From a virus, in the IMG/VR virus record IMGVR_UViG_3300044998_000260, positions 21,309 through 85,308 of that record: DNA of 64,000 nucleotides. One strand, written 5' to 3'. The notes under the pieces are model-generated. The model saw nothing but the letters and a program-made list of their open reading frames with translations, was not told the origin of the DNA and ran no database searches. Position 1 is the stretch's first letter. The number at the start of each line of letters is the position of its first letter. This document shows, piece by piece, positions 10,624 through 20,625 of the stretch. A program made the position numbers and the translations under genes.

Positions 10624-10633
10624 CTATGATTTG

Positions 10634-11470
10634 TTACAATTCTATAAGAAGAAATTCGTCTGTTAGTTCTTCGGCTGAAGTCCATCGTGCGTATTGATGA
10701 ATATTTTCGTCGGTTACTAGATGTTCGTGGGACTTGTGAACCACATAAAATTCGTGGTTTTTAGTGCATTCGATCCCATTGATAATCATAATTTCTTCGT
10801 CACGGTCATATTCAAATTTATGAATAACTTCTTTTGGTTCACCTGTATGTGTATATACCACATCACCTATTTGAACATCTACAATGGGTTTCATTCCACT
10901 ACGAGTTCCTACCCGCATTTCGGGAGTAAAACACCCCCCACCGATTCCCACCCGAAGTGCGTCTGCACCCCAATCAATCAGATGTACAGTAGCTTCGCCA
11001 GTAACAATATTTCCTGCAATAACATCTACATTTAAATTGGCTTTGATGTGACCAATCGCATCCTTTACAAACTTGTGGTGCCCATGTGCCACATCTATTA
11101 ATATAACATTACATCCGTTTTTTGTCAACTCCTGCGCTCGTTCCAGATAATCTCCGTTAGCTCCAACCGCTGCGGCAACGGGAACATCAGTTAATCCATT
11201 GAATGTAGCATACTGATTTACCTTAGATACATGACTGGCCTGTTCTTGAATACTCATGAATCGGTGAATGACTCCAACTCCACCACAACTCATCATAGCA
11301 ATCGCCATATCAGACGCACATACAGTGTCCATAGGAGAAGCCACCAGTGGAATACCAAGATGGTAATTTTTTGTAAACTTAGTGGATAAGTCAACGTGCC
11401 CGCGAGATTCAATATTACTGTAAGACGGCACCAACTGAATATCATCGTATGTCAAGGCATGAGTAACCAT
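10634..11470 (-). CDS. guaB: IMPDH/GMPR N-terminal half + split-intein N-fragment
   Basis: LTYDDIQLVP..ASPMDTV..IDVAHGH..LRVGIGGG|CFTPEMRV..CTKNHEFYV. Confidence 0.92.
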   Translation of the reverse strand: MVTHALTYDDIQLVPSYSNIESRGHVDLSTKFTKNYHLGIPLVASPMDTVCASDMAIAMMSCGGVGVIHRFMSIQEQASHVSKVNQYATFNGLTDVPVAAAVGANGDYLERAQELTKNGCNVILIDVAHGHHKFVKDAIGHIKANLNVDVIAGNIVTGEATVHLIDWGADALRVGIGGGCFTPEMRVGTRSGMKPIVDVQIGDVVYTHTGEPKEVIHKFEYDRDEEIMIINGIECTKNHEFYVVHKSHEHLVTDENIHQYARWTSAEELTDEFLLIEL

Positions 11471-11481
11471 TTTGGTATTCC

Positions 11482-12240
11482 TTATTGAATCGTTTCGTAA
11501 AATTCGTTTTGCTTGGTTTGGCGATCCACGTCCTTATAATGACGAATCGCTAAATCTGGATCTTGTGGTAACATACCATATTGTTCGTATCCGACCAATT
11601 GTTCATGAACCGGCTTTGTCCACTTAATTTTCGGATCATTTTTGTATAGTCTCATTTGATAATCAGGCCATGCAACAATTGGTTCATAATATGTTACCAC
11701 GCCGTCTTCATCAGAAATAATAAAATCAAAACCTCGCAATAACTGATATTCGCCTGAATCTCGGTCAATTACCTTTATTCTACGATGATCTTCAAATTTT
11801 GTCAAGGTCCATCCCCATTTCTGGAGATGTTTGATTGTCAGCCCATCTATCGTATTGATACGAGGCACCCAAAATGCTTCTATGCCCGGATTCATATCAA
11901 TCAAATGCGGAATAAATGCCAGAAAGTCTTCGGTCACAAATTCATCAGCATCAATATTGAAAATCCAATCACCGGTACAACAAGAATTGAGAAAATTCTT
12001 ATGTTCATCATAACTCTTGTTGAGTGCATGTTGAAATAGTCGAATATGATCTTTAAAATTGTTCAATATACGAACAGTTTCTTCGTCTGTAGAAAAATCA
12101 TCAACCACTACTATTTCATACTCAACGCCGCTGCCAATATCTCGATTTATAAACTTTACAAGTTTATTCAATAATGACGCAATATACACACCTTCGTTGT
12201 GTGTACAAATTGCAAAACTAATCTTCATGCATTTCTCCAC
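11482..12240 (-). CDS. glycosyltransferase family 2
   Basis: ISFAICTHNE, VDDFSTD, IDADE, VHEQLVG. Confidence 0.85.
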   Translation of the reverse strand: MEKCMKISFAICTHNEGVYIASLLNKLVKFINRDIGSGVEYEIVVVDDFSTDEETVRILNNFKDHIRLFQHALNKSYDEHKNFLNSCCTGDWIFNIDADEFVTEDFLAFIPHLIDMNPGIEAFWVPRINTIDGLTIKHLQKWGWTLTKFEDHRRIKVIDRDSGEYQLLRGFDFIISDEDGVVTYYEPIVAWPDYQMRLYKNDPKIKWTKPVHEQLVGYEQYGMLPQDPDLAIRHYKDVDRQTKQNEFYETIQ

Positions 12241-13144
12241 TTTTAGTTTCGTATAACTCTCGATATTTTAACAATGCAAAATCTTTCATTTTTGCTTCCA
12301 AATCAATGTCAACCGGAACACCATAATCTTCAATACGATTGAATACATAATCAGCATGCGCACGAGGATTGCAATCAACAGACTCGTTGACGGCTTTGGA
12401 TTCACTATAATGAAATAACGGAGTCACATCACTGGGCCACGTCGCATATGCCATATGAAATGCAGATTTTTGATCTAGTTCGTCCGAATGAAAGTTATGA
12501 TGAAAGTAGTCAAAAGTAACAGGAATACCAAGTCTATTATGAATGTAGGTAACAAGTTGCGCTACGGAAAAGCCGGTATCTTTGTCGTCGTTTTCTACGA
12601 CGAGTCGAGACAATGCATTGGGCGACAACCGGCGAGCGGAAGCAACCCATCGGTCGGCGGTTTCTTCACTGAAATTCATACCAACATGAATATTGATTGC
12701 CGTATGGGGTGATGCTGGCAAACCCATAAGGTCAAAAATAAAGGATTGTAGCTCGAGTTCATTGATGGAATTATCTACAACATCCGGTCGCACGGAACCT
12801 AGTTTAACAAAATGATCGGGGTGTGCTGTGATGCGTTGGCCGGAGCGTTGAGCAATTTCACCGGCCGTTTGAAGATTGTCACAAATTTCAGACCAATCGG
12901 GCAAATCGGTAAGTTGATAGTGATTGGCCCACGGAAAGATACCAGAACCCATACGAAATACCGTAATATTGTGGTCGGCATTCCACTGCAAAACTTTGAT
13001 AAAGTCTCTGGTATTTGCCAATGCTAACTCGGAAGCATACGATACGCCCCGAGCATCAAAAGTTTTCTTAATCATGTCACGAGCATACATGATTTTTTTC
13101 TTTTGTAAAGATAAATTGATACAACAATATCCGACATTTGGCAT
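12218..13144 (-). CDS. uvsE: UV-damage endonuclease UvsE
   Basis: VGYCCIN, RITAHPDHF, INIHVG, LVVENDD, FDYFHH, RAHAD, DLEAKMKD. Confidence 0.92.
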   Translation of the reverse strand: MPNVGYCCINLSLQKKKIMYARDMIKKTFDARGVSYASELALANTRDFIKVLQWNADHNITVFRMGSGIFPWANHYQLTDLPDWSEICDNLQTAGEIAQRSGQRITAHPDHFVKLGSVRPDVVDNSINELELQSFIFDLMGLPASPHTAINIHVGMNFSEETADRWVASARRLSPNALSRLVVENDDKDTGFSVAQLVTYIHNRLGIPVTFDYFHHNFHSDELDQKSAFHMAYATWPSDVTPLFHYSESKAVNESVDCNPRAHADYVFNRIEDYGVPVDIDLEAKMKDFALLKYRELYETKSGEMHED

Positions 13145-13194
13145 AATATACCTCCGACCCGTAAGGTATATTACAACAACAATATTGTCAAGGT

Positions 13195-14184
13195 TTATCC
13201 CACTTGATTTTTCCAAGCCAATGCCTCGGGGTCGCGTTCCCAATCACCCCCAGGAACCCACTCAAACCCCTCTCTCCTGTAATAAGGTATATCACTAGAG
13301 CGTTGGTCGGGGTCAGTAATATCGGGCGTTATAGAGGGTTTTACGGGGTCAGAAACTTGAGCGTTTTTGCTCATTGGAGTAGTATCTGTGTCAAAAGTGG
13401 CAGTTTGGTAATTAAATTGTCCATTTTTAGTATTATTTATTGAAGTATTTTTCTTGACAATTAAATTGTAAGCTAAAAATAATGATATGCTCATGGGGTC
13501 AAATACAAACACAATAATAAGGGTGAACCATTTTACTACAGTATCCAACGGCACACCAATTGAATTTGCTACATAATAAAATGTACCTAACTTCCCGGAT
13601 GTTCCAATCTCTCCTTCGGTCTTTGTCGTTTGCGTTTGTAGAGAATCTTTGCGTGCCGAAAGTTCGTTGATTTGTTTTTGTAAAGAGGCAATTTCCCGGT
13701 CTTGTTCTCTGATGATCTGTTGTTGTGTTGCAGTTCCCCTACCAAGTCGTAATAATTCATCAACACGATTTTCTTGTTGTTCGCGTAATTTTACTAACTG
13801 GTCGGCTCGCGTTGAAAGTCGTTCAATGTTTTCATTAATATTTGATGTTTGCGATTTGTATAATACAATACGAGATTCTTTATCTTTGATATCTGTTGCC
13901 GATTTCGCGTAAGCAGAAGTCAAATATCCGTAGATGCCCACCGATGTTATTAACATCAAAATCAAGGTTCCAATGGACATATACACCTTTAAAATTCGCG
14001 GAATTTCTTGCCAATATCTGTAAAGAAAGCTAACCGATACAACCTTTCCGACTTCTAGGGCTGCCGCCATAACTCCAGCCGCAGCGGTAGCACCAACAAA
14101 TAGTTGTGCAATACCAGATACCGAAAACCATGCTGCACAGCCTGCTAATACAAATGCCGAAAACAAAATTACATATTTGAACAT
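13195..14184 (-). CDS. multi-TM long coiled-coil membrane protein
   Basis: AAWFSVSGIAQLF..LEVGKVV; IIVFVFDP. Confidence 0.7.
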   Translation of the reverse strand: MFKYVILFSAFVLAGCAAWFSVSGIAQLFVGATAAAGVMAAALEVGKVVSVSFLYRYWQEIPRILKVYMSIGTLILMLITSVGIYGYLTSAYAKSATDIKDKESRIVLYKSQTSNINENIERLSTRADQLVKLREQQENRVDELLRLGRGTATQQQIIREQDREIASLQKQINELSARKDSLQTQTTKTEGEIGTSGKLGTFYYVANSIGVPLDTVVKWFTLIIVFVFDPMSISLFLAYNLIVKKNTSINNTKNGQFNYQTATFDTDTTPMSKNAQVSDPVKPSITPDITDPDQRSSDIPYYRREGFEWVPGGDWERDPEALAWKNQVG

Positions 14185-14193
14185 AGTATGATT

Positions 14194-14228
14194 AAAAAGG
14201 CCTGAAGACTGGAATCTACAGGCCTTTT
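14194..14228 (-). terminator. stem-loop/terminator
   Basis: AAAAGGCCTG/CAGGCCTTTT inverted repeat. Confidence 0.6.
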
Positions 14229-14307
14229 CATTCTCCATTGGTTAAGTGTTGAGATTATCCGAAGTAACCGATATCGATCACCTCCTTATCTCAACATATT
14301 GTCTGGG

Positions 14308-14751
14308 TTACTTAATCTCGATCTTAACAGGGTCGTAAATGCCCCTCTTGAGTTTTGGAACTGTAACGGTGAGCAAACCATCTTCATACTTAGCCTCGAT
14401 GTTGTCTCGGTCAAGGTTTTGACCAAGCAGAATGGTTTTGGAAAATTTAGATCGCTTTAGTTCGCGTCGAAGATACTTCCCCTCCTGCTTTTCTGCTGAT
14501 GCTTCGCCTGAAACAACAAGGTTGTCTCCGACTATCTCTACACTAAGTTCGTTCTTCTTCCAACCGGAAAGACCCAGTTCGACAATAAATGCGGTGTCGT
14601 TTTCGATGATATCGGTCTTGGGAAATCCTAAATCAACCACTCCTAACTTTGTAGGATCTACATCAAAAAACTCACCAAATAGAGAATGAAATGCTGATAA
14701 TTCGGATGGAAGAACACCACGTTTCGTGGTGTGACGAGTAAGAAATGTCAT
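14308..14751 (-). CDS. small heat-shock protein Hsp20
   Basis: PKTDIIE..ELGLSG..EAKYEDGLLTVTVPK. Confidence 0.92.
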   Translation of the reverse strand: MTFLTRHTTKRGVLPSELSAFHSLFGEFFDVDPTKLGVVDLGFPKTDIIENDTAFIVELGLSGWKKNELSVEIVGDNLVVSGEASAEKQEGKYLRRELKRSKFSKTILLGQNLDRDNIEAKYEDGLLTVTVPKLKRGIYDPVKIEIK

Positions 14752-14837
14752 ATTGTTTTCTCCTTTACCAAAGGTCAAAAAAGAAGAGAGTGCCCGTCAG
14801 GCGCACTCCCCTATAAGTAGTCATTTTGAGTGAAAGT

Positions 14838-15476
14838 TTACCGTTTCAATAAACCCGCAATATCATCGTGTAATTGGGAAACTTGATTGTATAAATGATC
14901 GGCGGCGGCTTCACTGATGGTTGGAACTACCAGTGGATTACCCTCTCCACTCTTTCGGTTGATATGATTCTCAAGTACTTCTTCAAGTTGACGCATAATT
15001 CCACGGGCACGATAAACAGCACTTTCGACACGTTCCGTAACATCAGTAACATCTTCCCACCCACAAATTTCATCTTCACAGTCACATCCCTGACATCTAT
15101 CCTCGCAATCGCCTTCATTGGCACGTTCTTCTTCTTTCGTTCGTAGAAACAATTCGTAAAATTGACGTTCCATCTGATCGTCTTGTTCGGTAATATCCAC
15201 ATTATTATCTGTCCAGAGAGGAATATCAATAGTTGCTTGTCCCTGAGAATAAGCATTAAATTCAGCATATTCACCTTGACCATCACCAACTAGAGCTCGA
15301 CCATAATAAGTCATCTCCGGGGATGGTGCCCCTTCAACAAACACGTATCGTCCATCATTAGTAATCAACACATATTTTTTAACTTCATTATCTCGACCTT
15401 CATATGCATTCTGAAATTCAGGACTAATTGTGGAGGGAAATAAGTCATACACCAACGCGGTATCTATAGTATACAT
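14838..15476 (-). CDS. hypothetical protein
   Basis: ORF with Cys cluster. Confidence 0.65.
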   Translation of the reverse strand: MYTIDTALVYDLFPSTISPEFQNAYEGRDNEVKKYVLITNDGRYVFVEGAPSPEMTYYGRALVGDGQGEYAEFNAYSQGQATIDIPLWTDNNVDITEQDDQMERQFYELFLRTKEEERANEGDCEDRCQGCDCEDEICGWEDVTDVTERVESAVYRARGIMRQLEEVLENHINRKSGEGNPLVVPTISEAAADHLYNQVSQLHDDIAGLLKR

Positions 15477-15484
15477 TGTTATCC

Positions 15485-16216
15485 TCAGGTCCAAAGTGAC
15501 TCTCTAATTTGTAATACTTCAATAGCTTTCTCTGTAGCTTCTTTATATCGACGATTTTCTTCGGCCATTGCGGCGCGTGACGCCGCGTGATACTCGTTCC
15601 AAGCGGGATCATCCTTATGAAGATTTAATTCAAACATAGTGGGATTACCGCTCTCATCCCAATCACATGGAGTATAATCCAACAGTTTACCAGGTGGATC
15701 AGGGAGCATATCCCACGGATCGTTATACTTGTTGTATACATCATTATACCACAAGTAGAGTTCTTTTTGTTTTCTTGCCGACTCGGCTTGATGGGGGAGA
15801 TCACATTCATTGATTTCCCAGTCAAGATATTCCATAGCGAGTTGTCTACTAAGTTGCTTTCTCCACTTACGAGGCAAATATCGCAACTTCCACTTAGTCA
15901 CTCGGTCATACTTTTTCGGCTGACAAATTACTTCCATCCAAGCTTTTTGATTTTCGATGAATTCACAGAGAAGTTCAAATGTGGCTTCGAATAATCGGGT
16001 ATCAGTTTCAATCCAAGTCTTGCCACTAAATTTTGTCAGTTTGACCTTGTTGTGACCGCGAAAAATAATATTATAAAGAGCATATCGAAAATTACTCAAC
16101 ATCAAAAATGGCGCAGAATAATTGATATCAAATCGAATGTTGCCTATCTTACTATTCAGTTTTCTGCGCCACTTCGGAATTTTTGATGTTCCATTAATCT
16201 CTTCCGTGTCCGACAT
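15485..16216 (-). CDS. hypothetical protein
   Basis: long ORF. Confidence 0.7.
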   Translation of the reverse strand: MSDTEEINGTSKIPKWRRKLNSKIGNIRFDINYSAPFLMLSNFRYALYNIIFRGHNKVKLTKFSGKTWIETDTRLFEATFELLCEFIENQKAWMEVICQPKKYDRVTKWKLRYLPRKWRKQLSRQLAMEYLDWEINECDLPHQAESARKQKELYLWYNDVYNKYNDPWDMLPDPPGKLLDYTPCDWDESGNPTMFELNLHKDDPAWNEYHAASRAAMAEENRRYKEATEKAIEVLQIRESLWT

Positions 16217-16383
16217 TGCACTCTTTATTGCGTGTGAAGCTTTTAACATTAGCGTTCCTCAGTAATACCCACCAGGCACCTCCCGCTACCTGAAACGTCA
16301 TTAGTGACGTTAAAGGCAGTGGAAGTGTCGATGGAGTTCCGACTACAAATGATCCCACAAAAAACAACGTGGGTAAAAATGTC

Positions 16384-17982
16384 TTAAGCATAATTTTCTG
16401 CCTCACCAAGAGCATTTACAAACTCTTGACCGTATTTAGACATCTTTAGTAGATGATGTTGTGTAACCTTGGTCCCCTCGGCGTGAGCAATCGTTTGTGC
16501 CAACCGAATACTGTTCTTAATTTGACGACCGTTAATCTCAATCTTAGACAAAACATCCAGATCAAAAGTTGAATAATCAATTTTTGCCGCACTGAGTAGG
16601 TTCTTCCGGATTGACCGTCGAATCTCGTCGGTCATTTCACCGTAATGAATTGCCAATGAAATGCGGCTGTGGAATGCTCGGTCAAAATTCTTTACACGGT
16701 TCGTGGTGAGGAACATAACACCATTGAAATATTCGAGCAACCGAAGGAAGATACCAACCATTGCATTTCTTTCAAGATCATGGTCAGTACGCTGTTCTAG
16801 GAAAATGTCTGCTTCGTCAAGCAACAATACAGCATTCCATCGGCCGGCAAGTTCAAGAATCTGTCCCAGCTTGGTTTCAAGCTGTTGTGGATTCGTACCC
16901 AATTCACCAACAGACACCACATATAGTGGACGCTGAAGTGTTTCGGAGGTAGCTTCTGCGGTCAGCGTTTTACCAACACCAGGTGCGCCGTGTAACAGAA
17001 AAATGAACCCACCACTCTTACCACCAACGATATCGCTAAATCCCGATCCGTTGTGTTCTACTAGAGACTTGATGATAAACTTACGATCTTCGTCAAGTAC
17101 CAACTGATCAAACACGCCGGTATTGAACACCACCGGAGAAACAAAGTCTACCTTACCAATCGCCCAACGCTTATGACGGAAACTGAATACTGGAATAAAC
17201 GGCGAAGTCATATAGAGCTGGTCGTCGGGGATGACGAGTTCTGACTGTTGTGTATCGTCATTGTTGTGACGATGTTCCCACGAACGCATGCTCAGCGCGT
17301 CAAGTATGTTTGGTTCGTCGTTTCTCATACCCAGTCCATCAACCATTACTCGACCGTTACCAGACATAGGGAACCATCCTATCCATGATGGACGGAAGAT
17401 TTCTCCTTGGTAGTTCATGTATGATGCCTTACTGGTAACTTCTCGGAATACTCGACCACGTGCAACAAGCTTATCAAGCTCTGCGCCCGCTTCGAGCTTG
17501 CGGAATGGAAGCTCATTCATCGTGCGGGTACCTTCCCACCCGCGAAACGTTTGACTGTTTACCGCCAGTTCAATTGTGCCGCGCTCACCAATAGAAATAC
17601 AACGATATGAAATCTGAATCGTGGGACCGAAAAATCCATAATTGATGTTGATACTGACCAGTTCTCCACCAACGGATTCACCCATATAATTGACAATGAT
17701 CTTGTCACCACAATTGAACACGTCGGTTATATCGTCTACAATATAGTTACCACTTTCAAAGCGAAGCTTACGATTCTTTTCGTTTTCTCGCTTCTCGGCA
17801 CGTGTCAGTTTTTCACGAACGCGACGATCTTGGTCTTCGTTGGCAGTTGCCACTGCTTCCATTGCCTCCATCAAATCGTGTACAACACTTCTTGACGGCT
17901 TGCGGCGTGGTGCCTTTTTTACAGGCGTCTTTTTGGTAGCAACTTTCTTTACAACTTTCTTTGGGGTCTTTATAGTAGGCAT
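16384..17982 (-). CDS. AAA+ ATPase
   Basis: Walker A GAPGVGKT, Walker B LLLDEAD, FLTTNR..FHSRI. Confidence 0.92.
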   Translation of the reverse strand: MPTIKTPKKVVKKVATKKTPVKKAPRRKPSRSVVHDLMEAMEAVATANEDQDRRVREKLTRAEKRENEKNRKLRFESGNYIVDDITDVFNCGDKIIVNYMGESVGGELVSININYGFFGPTIQISYRCISIGERGTIELAVNSQTFRGWEGTRTMNELPFRKLEAGAELDKLVARGRVFREVTSKASYMNYQGEIFRPSWIGWFPMSGNGRVMVDGLGMRNDEPNILDALSMRSWEHRHNNDDTQQSELVIPDDQLYMTSPFIPVFSFRHKRWAIGKVDFVSPVVFNTGVFDQLVLDEDRKFIIKSLVEHNGSGFSDIVGGKSGGFIFLLHGAPGVGKTLTAEATSETLQRPLYVVSVGELGTNPQQLETKLGQILELAGRWNAVLLLDEADIFLEQRTDHDLERNAMVGIFLRLLEYFNGVMFLTTNRVKNFDRAFHSRISLAIHYGEMTDEIRRSIRKNLLSAAKIDYSTFDLDVLSKIEINGRQIKNSIRLAQTIAHAEGTKVTQHHLLKMSKYGQEFVNALGEAENYA

Positions 17983-17994
17983 CTTTTAGTTTAG

Positions 17995-18708
17995 TTATTC
18001 GTCGATTCCGGCGAGCCACTCCTGCTTGAGTGGGTCACGTTCAACGGTGGTTGCCATATGATCTGCCCAATGAATTACATAAGGCAGGTTGGTGTGAATT
18101 GGAAATTTACCATAGTTGACATAGTATGACTTATTGCTTTCATCATACAAACCATCGGAAAGCTTGATAGACAACCATTCCTTATAAGTTAGTTCAATTC
18201 CGCGAGACTGAAGAATGAACAACGCGCCATCAGTGACCTTCATGTAAGGCAATCGGTCATTATTCTTGAACATTTCGTTCTGATTTTTGCGGTGCCAATC
18301 AGAATCTTGTGGAATATAATAGGGTTCTCCTCCGGGCAAACCCAACTTCCAAAGGTCGTGATGAATTGCTGCCATAGTCAATTCACTCTTTGTAAAGTCT
18401 AACGAACCCCCTTTCTTATGAAGCACCTTAGCGAAGTCCATTGCACAATCATATACATGTAATACGTGGTCAATGTAGCCGCCGGCATAAGCATTATGAT
18501 AATGGAGCTTGCTTGACGCCGGAGCTTCCGTGAGTCGGCTGCCATAATCTTCATACATCGAAACTAACTTGTCCATTCGAGAACTGTGTTTGCCAAAGGC
18601 GTCTTCCATTACCGAAAAAAGTCGAGTCTTCTGTGCCTCAAGACGTTCCATCTCGGTTGTATATTCAGTTACAGCGTCTTGAATTTCAGGTTCAACGGTC
18701 GTGGTCAT
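17995..18708 (-). CDS. HD-domain phosphohydrolase
   Basis: PASSKLHYH..GGYIDH, HHDLWK, HWAD. Confidence 0.85.
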   Translation of the reverse strand: MTTTVEPEIQDAVTEYTTEMERLEAQKTRLFSVMEDAFGKHSSRMDKLVSMYEDYGSRLTEAPASSKLHYHNAYAGGYIDHVLHVYDCAMDFAKVLHKKGGSLDFTKSELTMAAIHHDLWKLGLPGGEPYYIPQDSDWHRKNQNEMFKNNDRLPYMKVTDGALFILQSRGIELTYKEWLSIKLSDGLYDESNKSYYVNYGKFPIHTNLPYVIHWADHMATTVERDPLKQEWLAGIDE

Positions 18709-18799
18709 AAATCCTCTATAAATGGAGAGGTCCGTATCATTACACCGGTAATATAGTGTGTTGATACGGACTCGTCAAGTCCCAATTTAATTGTAAAAA

Positions 18800-19330
18800 T
18801 TAAATAGTTCCGTTCCGTCGGGCTTTGCTACCGGCGCGTGCCCACAATTCAAAAATAGTTGGAATCGTGGGAGTTTTTCTCAGTTCCATACCAATTTCGT
18901 CAAGCAAAAAGTCGGCTTTTTTGTTATTACATGTAGAACACGCGGTAATAACATTCTTCCATTCGTCTTTACCACCCCTACTTTGCGGACGAATATGATC
19001 GCGGGTAAGAAATTCACTGGGCTTGAGATCTTGTCTATGCCGAGAGCAATATCCGCACCGGTAACCATCACGAAGAAATAAATTTCTCTGCGTAAGAATG
19101 GCCGGAACTCTGTGTGTTGGACGGCTCTTAACAAATTCCTTTAAAACTATCTGTGTGGGAACGGGCCAAATATCTTTAACAGAACTTACAGTGTATTCAG
19201 GATGTTCGGCCACAATATGAGCTTTTCCTTCAATGACGAGAATGAGTCCGCGCTTAGATGATACAACCGCCAATGGCTCGTAGCTTGCATTGAGAACAGT
19301 ACATCGGACTTGATCTAATACGGACAACAT
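18800..19330 (-). CDS. HNH endonuclease (McrA-like)
   Basis: CGYC..TRDHIRP..GG..WKNVITACSTCN. Confidence 0.9.
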   Translation of the reverse strand: MLSVLDQVRCTVLNASYEPLAVVSSKRGLILVIEGKAHIVAEHPEYTVSSVKDIWPVPTQIVLKEFVKSRPTHRVPAILTQRNLFLRDGYRCGYCSRHRQDLKPSEFLTRDHIRPQSRGGKDEWKNVITACSTCNNKKADFLLDEIGMELRKTPTIPTIFELWARAGSKARRNGTI

Positions 19331-19340
19331 TAATAAACTC

Positions 19341-19844
19341 CTATGAAGGTCGTCTGCTCTCGTTTTGTTTGTGCCGCGCCAATGTATCCCTACACCGTGC
19401 AGCCAGTTCATAATTTTCTTTCTTTACAAAATACGTCATCAGCGTATTCAACTGAGTTTCATATTCATGCCGTGAAAGTTGTGCCAGTTTGCGAGAGGGA
19501 CCAAACTGGAACAGCATGACATACGACATATCTTCCCTTACGGCTTTACGAATACGCTTGAGAATATACTTGTATACCAAATCCTCATGTAATTCCGTCA
19601 ATTGCATGAGAGCAACCGGATTATCACTTGGAATAATTACGAGGTCGTCGTTTTGTAACGGAAGACTTTTTGACAGACTTGGTTCTTCCGCTTGATTTTT
19701 CTGATTTAGCGGATTCAGCTTTGACTGATTTTCTGTCTTTTGGATTTTTACTATTACTGTTCTTGTTGGCGGGATCGGCGGTTGTCGTCCTTTTACGAGT
19801 TCGCGAAGCGACTGTTTTAGTTGGTTGAATAGGTTCCGATTCAT
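19341..19844 (-). CDS. hypothetical protein with C-terminal UVR-like motif
   Basis: ENYELAARCRD; start uncertain (overlap). Confidence 0.55.
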   Translation of the reverse strand: MNRNLFNQLKQSLRELVKGRQPPIPPTRTVIVKIQKTENQSKLNPLNQKNQAEEPSLSKSLPLQNDDLVIIPSDNPVALMQLTELHEDLVYKYILKRIRKAVREDMSYVMLFQFGPSRKLAQLSRHEYETQLNTLMTYFVKKENYELAARCRDTLARHKQNESRRPS

Positions 19845-20136
19845 CTACTTTCACTCCCCGGCGATATAGAACACCGTCTGGTGCTCGATACTTTTTCATA
19901 AACTGCCATCCTCGCGGGCGTCTCTCTTCTGGTGGCTTTGGCGTGTTATGTGATTCCGGCAAAGGCACCATTTTCGTAACGCATATAGAACAAATTACAG
20001 ATACAGCGTTCGGTGAAACTTTTGTTTCAATACGGCCACAGTTTTTACACGCCATCTCTTTTAATGACAGACCAGCCAATTTTCGTGACTCTTCAATTTC
20101 TTTCTTGGTAACTTTTTTTCTGTGGAATTGGACCAT
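19624..20136 (-). CDS. Zn-ribbon protein with basic tail
   Basis: CKNC..CSIC, RPRGWQFMK. Confidence 0.6.
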   Translation of the reverse strand: MVQFHRKKVTKKEIEESRKLAGLSLKEMACKNCGRIETKVSPNAVSVICSICVTKMVPLPESHNTPKPPEERRPRGWQFMKKYRAPDGVLYRRGVKVDESEPIQPTKTVASRTRKRTTTADPANKNSNSKNPKDRKSVKAESAKSEKSSGRTKSVKKSSVTKRRPRNYSK

Positions 20137-20335
20137 ATCTGTATTTTATAAGAAAAATTTGTTTATTCAAAACTTCAATCAATTTGGAACGCAATTCTTG
20201 ATCTATATTCGACGGCATTTTTTTGAGATATAATTTGGTGTATTGAACGGCCGAATTATATTGCGAAACTGTGCGGCAACTCTTGATTACTTTTACCACT
20301 TTTGAATAAATAGAAAGCAGTTCCTTGTAGTACAC
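20093..20335 (-). CDS. hypothetical protein
   Basis: 80-aa ORF in operon. Confidence 0.55.
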   Translation of the reverse strand: MYYKELLSIYSKVVKVIKSCRTVSQYNSAVQYTKLYLKKMPSNIDQELRSKLIEVLNKQIFLIKYRYGPIPQKKSYQERN

Positions 20336-20357
20336 ATTGGGTCTCCAAGGGTGCTCA

Positions 20358-20612
20358 TTAATTTATCTGAATAGCACCCCATTCCACATAATCCGGTAAA
20401 AGAATCTCGTGCTTCGCACAAATCTTTCTCACTCGATCAGTTAACTTGTTAATATCTTCCTGCTTAGTATTTTTAAATTGGCCAGGATTACTTGTGACAG
20501 CCGCCAAAGCTTGAATACATGCCACTAGTGCAGTGTAATCGTTAAGTTCTACGACGAGATCGTGAATACGTAACTGACATTCCTTTACTCGATTAGTAAT
20601 ATTAAGTTCCAT
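20358..20612 (-). CDS. hypothetical protein
   Basis: 84-aa ORF. Confidence 0.6.
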   Translation of the reverse strand: MELNITNRVKECQLRIHDLVVELNDYTALVACIQALAAVTSNPGQFKNTKQEDINKLTDRVRKICAKHEILLPDYVEWGAIQIN

Positions 20613-20625
20613 AATCGTCTCTCAA

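Noticed and set aside
14276-14288. 16S rRNA fragment
   Set aside because: Only 13 nt, no flanking rRNA sequence; treated as an SD element
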